Shown here: in pieces, positions 59,539 to 64,000 of the stretch
How the letters are laid out: every line of letters starts with the position of its first letter
How positions within the stretch are numbered: the stretch's first letter is position 1
Origin: Desulfobacterales bacterium
Lineage (GTDB): Bacteria; Desulfobacterota; Desulfobacteria; Desulfobacterales; JAFDCJ01
NCBI GenBank assembly: GCA_030066155.1
Contig: JASJCE010000003.1
Location: 3,258 to 67,257, forward strand
DNA length: 64,000 nucleotides
Direction of reading: 5' to 3'
Notes under the pieces: model-generated
Told to the model about the DNA's origin: nothing
Database searches by the model: none
Seen by the model: only the letters and a program-made list of their open reading frames with translations
Program-made: the position numbers and the translations under genes

Positions 59539-60381
59539 TTAATTGGCGATCACCTGCGAGTCCTCGAGCTTGATTTCCAGCTGGGCCAGATCGACTTCGC
59601 AAATATGCATGGCCTCGGCTTCCGGGGTGGCGACCAAAACCAGATCCGGCTCTTCGGCCATACCAATGCCCATTTTCAGGCAGACTTTGTCCGCCAGCCT
59701 CACCAGTACCAGTAGCAGGTCTTTGGTATTGAATTCCTCGCGATGGTGATCCCGTACAATCCTGCTGTATTTCTCCGGAAGATTCCAGTGCACCATTAAT
59801 TCGTATCCGTGGCTGCAGTGCAGGCTGCTCATCGCTTCTGCCAGCAACGCATCGGAGGGTTGAACATCGAGGTCGTTCGAATGCTTGAGATCATCAACAA
59901 CGGTTAAGATGAAAAGTTTACCTACATCATGCAGCAATCCGGCAAAAAAAGCCTCGTGCGCCATGCCCTGCAGACCGCATTTTTTGGCGAGCCAGTTTGA
60001 TCCGATTGCACAGGCGACCGAATGCCGCCAGAGGGCGCGCATAATGCCATGCACGAAAGGATCTTTTGAGCGGAAGTTATTTTCGTGCGTCACCAGCATC
60101 ACAATGTTGGAAACCTCGTTGATCCCCAGGCGTAAAATCGCGTTGTGAACGGTGGCGACCTGATTCAGTCCTTTGTAGAAGGATGAGTTGGATACACTTA
60201 ATACTTTGGCCGTCAGCGATTGATCACTGACAATCAGCCTCTCAATCAGACGAATGTCCGGCTCATCTTTGGCAATCTCCCGCTGAATTTTCAATGCTGT
60301 GGCATTAAAAACCGGAAGCCGGGCATTGCTCGATGCCAATTGCTGGTCGACGATTTCGATAAAAGAGCCTTGCTGCTCCAT
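59539..60381 (-). CDS. HDOD domain protein
   Basis: LPVF, DQSLTAKVLSVSNSSFY, LWRHS, GLLHDVGK, WNLP. Confidence 0.92.
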   Translation of the reverse strand: MEQQGSFIEIVDQQLASSNARLPVFNATALKIQREIAKDEPDIRLIERLIVSDQSLTAKVLSVSNSSFYKGLNQVATVHNAILRLGINEVSNIVMLVTHENNFRSKDPFVHGIMRALWRHSVACAIGSNWLAKKCGLQGMAHEAFFAGLLHDVGKLFILTVVDDLKHSNDLDVQPSDALLAEAMSSLHCSHGYELMVHWNLPEKYSRIVRDHHREEFNTKDLLLVLVRLADKVCLKMGIGMAEEPDLVLVATPEAEAMHICEVDLAQLEIKLEDSQVIAN

Positions 60382-60383
60382 AA

Positions 60384-62288
60384 TTATCCTTCCAGTAGAC
60401 GCCATAGCTCCGACAGCGGTCTGGGTTTTTGCAGCCGGGGCAGGCAGCGGATTAATTCGTCAAGGGTTGTAGCGCCGGCGGCGGCCTTGACAATGCCATC
60501 CTCCAGCAGCGTTACCAGGCCGGTTGAATCAATGCTGATCCGTCGGATCTCCTGGCTGGGTTTTTGTTCGATGATGGCATTGCGAACCTGTTCGTTCAAT
60601 ATCAACAGTTCAAATATCCCCACCCGTCCGCTGTACCCCGTATACTGGCAGCGGCTACATCCCTGTCCTTTGCGAAACGCTGCCCCTTTGATGTCTTCGA
60701 GCGTGTAACCGAGGCGCTGCAGGTCGAAAGGACTCGGTTTGTAATCCGAAGCGCAGGCCGGACAAATTTTGCGCAATAGCCGCTGGGCCATGACACTGAC
60801 GACTGTAGAGGAGATTAAAAACGCCTCTATGTTCATGTTCAGCAGACGGACCAGACCGCCAATGCAGTCCTCGGTGTGAAATGTCGTCAATACCTTGTGC
60901 CCGGTGAGAGCCGCCTGCACGGCGATTTCAGCCGAAAAATTGTCGCGAATTTCACCGATAACGATGACATCCGGATCCTGGCGCACGATATGGCGCAGGG
61001 TCTCCTCGAAAGTCAGGTTGATTAGGGGATTAATGGAACACTGCGCGATACCATCGATAATGTACTCAACCGGCTCTTCGGCGGTGATAATGCTGGTTTC
61101 GGGATTATTGATATGATTGATGCAGCTGTAGACGGTGGTGGTCTTGCCCGATCCGGTAGGCCCGGTGATCAGAATGACACCGCTGGGCATATACAGGGCG
61201 TCTTCCCTGAAGCGATTCTCCATTCTGCGGGACAGCCCCACATCTTCAAACTTAATCAGCACTCCCTTGCGGTTTAAAACCCGAAGTACGATTTTTTCAC
61301 CGTGCACGGTAACGTAAAACGATACCCGCAAATCGACCTGGCCGCCCGGATAATCAAAATAAAATCGCCCCCCCTGGTGACGTCGCTTTTCGGTGATATC
61401 GACGTCGCACAGAACCTTGATCCGATTGGTCAGCGCCGGCAGAATGTCTATTTGAAAATCCTGGAACTGGATCAACACGCCATCCTGACGAAAACGGACT
61501 CGCATATGCGCCTTCATGGGTTCGATGTGAATATCGCTGGCGTCCCGTTCGATGGCGGCCAATAGAATGTCATCCAGAAGTTTGATAATGGAATGTTCAT
61601 CCGAAGGCGATATCTTTTGTCGGGAAGCCCCCGTCAGACATCGTCCTACGGCCCGCTTGATGGAGGAGCGGCGGGCAATACCCGGAATAAATTTATCTCC
61701 GAACACCAGTTTGACGGCCTCAAGATCATCGCCATCAAGTGGATCGGCGAAGGCGATCAGGATAACACCGTCTTCCCTATTCACCGGAATAACGTCATAT
61801 TTCTCGTACCATTTGGAATTGGCTCGATTGAACAGTTCCTGATCGATTTCACTGAACTCGGGTTCCAGATGCGGAAATCCCATTTGCAGCGACAGAACTT
61901 CAATCAAGGCATGTTCATCGATTAGTCCAAGCTCCAGCAAAATCTCGCCGAGTTTCCTGGGATTGGGATCTTCGCGCTGAATCTTCAGGGCCCGCTGAAC
62001 ATCTTCAAATGAAATGCAGCCCAACTCAAGAAGCAGATTGCCGATGCACATCGGCATCCGGCTTTCACGTACCGCATCTTTTATCTGGTCATCCTGAACG
62101 AAGTCGAGTTCTTTCAGAATCTCCAGCAATGGTCGCGGTGTTTGAATTTTCGAGAGCACCCGCTTGGCATAATCAACCTGCCGGTTGTTTAGTATCTTTT
62201 CCCGCAAAAGCAGGTCAACGATTTGACTGTTTCCACCGATATCCTCAGGAAACGGACTGGCATTCGGCTCAATGAATATTTGATCCAT
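60384..62288 (-). CDS. PilB/GspE/MshE-family ATPase with N-terminal MshEN c-di-GMP-binding motifs
   Basis: RKLGEILLELGLI...LSLQ; ASDIHIEP; GPTGSGKTTT; RQDPDVIVIGEIRD; TGH; CPAC/CSRC Zn motif. Confidence 0.93.
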   Translation of the reverse strand: MDQIFIEPNASPFPEDIGGNSQIVDLLLREKILNNRQVDYAKRVLSKIQTPRPLLEILKELDFVQDDQIKDAVRESRMPMCIGNLLLELGCISFEDVQRALKIQREDPNPRKLGEILLELGLIDEHALIEVLSLQMGFPHLEPEFSEIDQELFNRANSKWYEKYDVIPVNREDGVILIAFADPLDGDDLEAVKLVFGDKFIPGIARRSSIKRAVGRCLTGASRQKISPSDEHSIIKLLDDILLAAIERDASDIHIEPMKAHMRVRFRQDGVLIQFQDFQIDILPALTNRIKVLCDVDITEKRRHQGGRFYFDYPGGQVDLRVSFYVTVHGEKIVLRVLNRKGVLIKFEDVGLSRRMENRFREDALYMPSGVILITGPTGSGKTTTVYSCINHINNPETSIITAEEPVEYIIDGIAQCSINPLINLTFEETLRHIVRQDPDVIVIGEIRDNFSAEIAVQAALTGHKVLTTFHTEDCIGGLVRLLNMNIEAFLISSTVVSVMAQRLLRKICPACASDYKPSPFDLQRLGYTLEDIKGAAFRKGQGCSRCQYTGYSGRVGIFELLILNEQVRNAIIEQKPSQEIRRISIDSTGLVTLLEDGIVKAAAGATTLDELIRCLPRLQKPRPLSELWRLLEG

Positions 62289-62334
62289 GGCGTGTTTACC
62301 CTAGCGTGTGGTCTACCTTAAATTTACAAGTTTG

Positions 62335-62361
62335 ATATCGACAGTTTACACTAAAACTTTA
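62335..62361 (-). promoter_or_regulatory. Putative sigma28 (FliA) promoter
   Basis: TAAAGTTT-N11-GTCGATAT, 46 bp upstream of ATG 62288. Confidence 0.65.
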
Positions 62362-62533
62362 GATTCCGAGGAGGGAGAAATGGGCATTGGGATGATAGTC
62401 TGGAATGAACGTCGAACATCAAAACGCTCTAAATTCAATATGTCAGCACTTCGGCCAAGCAGGTTTGCTCTATATCAGTTACCGGTTGAAATAATGCGCT
62501 TTGCTCCCCGCTAGACGTCTCCGAGTTCCGATT

Positions 62534-62762
62534 TCGGTGATCTGTCGTCTGACATCTGTCTTCTGTCATCTGACTTCTGCCTGCCGCGGCGACCTGTCCC
62601 GTCGTAGCTCGAAGAGCGGAGTCGGAAGCTCGACGTGTCGGGTCGAAGCTGAAAGCGACCTGTTGGGTCGTAGCCGAAGGCGAAGCCTAAAGCCTGAAGA
62701 GCGAAGACGGGACCTCTGTCTTCTGACCTCTGTCTTCTGACTTCTGTCCTCTGCCCTCTGTC
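62534..62762. repeat. Heptamer repeat element with nested GC-rich insert
   Basis: (TCTGTC/TCTGAC)n arrays flanking GTCGTAGCTCGAAGAGCG / GTCGTAGCCGAAGGCG units; same family as 41293-41437. Confidence 0.7.
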
Positions 62763-62763
62763 G

Positions 62764-63207
62764 TCACGGGCCATCGGGTTCGCGCTGCGGGTTATAGGTC
62801 AGCCGCACGGTATTGGATTCGACTGATTTGACGGAAACCAGGTCTCCGGCAGCATAAATTGCATAGCCAAAAAAATCGCCGTTCGGACCCCTGATTTCGT
62901 AAATGACTTCCGGATCAATACGAGGGTTGAGTGCCAGTCGGTTGAGAATTTCAGTCAGTTTGTCGACATCCTCGATCAAAACCCAATCCCTGCCGACCTT
63001 GATAATATTGTCGTTTTCGATCGGATCAAACACGACGATGCGGGTATTGTAGTAAATAAAGTACTTTTGCCGGCTGTCCACCAGCTGCTCGAGTGTCATC
63101 CGGGTTGCTCCGGATGACGGGTCGACCGGCTGACTGTAGGGCGAACAAGTTACGAATAACAATGTCAACACAAGAAAAAGGATTCTGATGGACAGATTCG
63201 CTTTCAT
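62764..63207 (-). CDS. Hypothetical lipoprotein
   Basis: GGGAGG RBS; signal peptide with LFVTC lipobox. Confidence 0.7.
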   Translation of the reverse strand: MKANLSIRILFLVLTLLFVTCSPYSQPVDPSSGATRMTLEQLVDSRQKYFIYYNTRIVVFDPIENDNIIKVGRDWVLIEDVDKLTEILNRLALNPRIDPEVIYEIRGPNGDFFGYAIYAAGDLVSVKSVESNTVRLTYNPQREPDGP

Positions 63208-63333
63208 GGGCGAAGAATTCCCTCCCGTAACATTAACGATGGATCAGCTTCCTGACGACTTGCTTTTTTCCACTTCCCCGGGACTTCTACTTGGCAGCCT
63301 GATCGGTTTTACAGGCCGGGCGCCCATTATGCT

Positions 63334-63984
63334 TTAATCTTTATGGGTCATTTGGAATAGAAATACCGCCATTTGTTCATCTTCGGAGTGCAACACTTTC
63401 GTTTTGGCCCGAATATTAAATTCAGAGCCCATCCGGGAATAGAGATTCTTGGGGCTTCTTTTCATCTCGCCGGTTAAAATGACTTTTCCGCCAGGGGCCA
63501 AATAATTGTTAAACAGGCTTATCAGGGGGTGCCAATCCTCTTTTTTGTATGTCACCTCGGATGCAACAATGTAATCAACGGCATTCTCCAGTTGTGGACG
63601 GTTCCAATCCAGCTCCTGGATGGACATACGCAGGCAGCCATTGACGACCGCATTGGCCCTGGCAAACTCAAGCGCGTCGGCGTTATATTCTGACAGGATA
63701 ATGTTGTGCCCGAATGCAGCAGCAACGATACTGACAAGTCCAACACCGGCTCCGATTTCAAGAAATGTTTTATTCTGCTCCACCGGCAACCGGGACAGGT
63801 AGTCCGCAAGAACCCAGGATGCCGGCCAGATTTTAGCCCAAAAGGGAAATTCAGAATGTACATTCTGGGGATCGATAAATCCGGTCAGCGTCCTGGGCAG
63901 CAGCACCTCGAATTTGCGCCCGTTAATTGCCAGTTCATTGGCGGCGGTTTCGTATTTTTGGTGGAATGACGCTAAAGAGAACAC
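63334..63984 (-). CDS. Class I SAM methyltransferase (Methyltransf_16 / protein-lysine type)
   Basis: PFWAKIWPAS, LEIGAGVGL, LDW, IVASEVTY. Confidence 0.88.
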   Translation of the reverse strand: MFSLASFHQKYETAANELAINGRKFEVLLPRTLTGFIDPQNVHSEFPFWAKIWPASWVLADYLSRLPVEQNKTFLEIGAGVGLVSIVAAAFGHNIILSEYNADALEFARANAVVNGCLRMSIQELDWNRPQLENAVDYIVASEVTYKKEDWHPLISLFNNYLAPGGKVILTGEMKRSPKNLYSRMGSEFNIRAKTKVLHSEDEQMAVFLFQMTHKD

Positions 63985-64000
63985 GCATACACCTCCAAGA

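Overview
This window looks like chromosome from an anaerobic deltaproteobacterium, probably Desulfobacterales-like. That placement is inferred from class III RNR, sigma54/sigma28 signalling and heptamer-repeat intergenic elements. No rRNA, tRNA, CRISPR array or intact transposase/integrase was recognised. Layout: (1) guaB/guaC-family 3' end, GT87 and small genes; (2) a beta-oxidation operon with unusual fusions (hydratase-SDR-SCP2; HMGS-like-DUF35-SDR; thiolase; acyl-CoA dehydrogenase); (3) an accessory patch with a 2TM/heptad-repeat/OmpA-like gene followed by a degenerate KAP-NTPase-TIR gene, a pentapeptide protein, an MFS and a collapsed TA remnant; (4) a ~17 kb signalling island (19.5-36.2 kb), the best candidate for an undescribed system; (5) housekeeping genes (fadD, dgkA, nrdDG with NrdR boxes and a structured leader, ilvE, proC, dppA, cds1-like, dCMP deaminase, metF-like); (6) a membrane-anchored LonB-type protease operon and an orphan MshEN-PilB/HDOD pair. 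The island encodes a Ralstonia PhcB-like signal-synthase methyltransferase inside a SiaB/SiaC/PP2C partner-switch operon. It also has three receptors sharing one membrane sensor domain, DGC/PDE/PilZ c-di-GMP output and an NtrC-type activator. Sigma28 and sigma54 promoters and a shared enhancer motif suggest an autoinduction cascade. All family assignments come from motif recognition by eye and none was database-verified.
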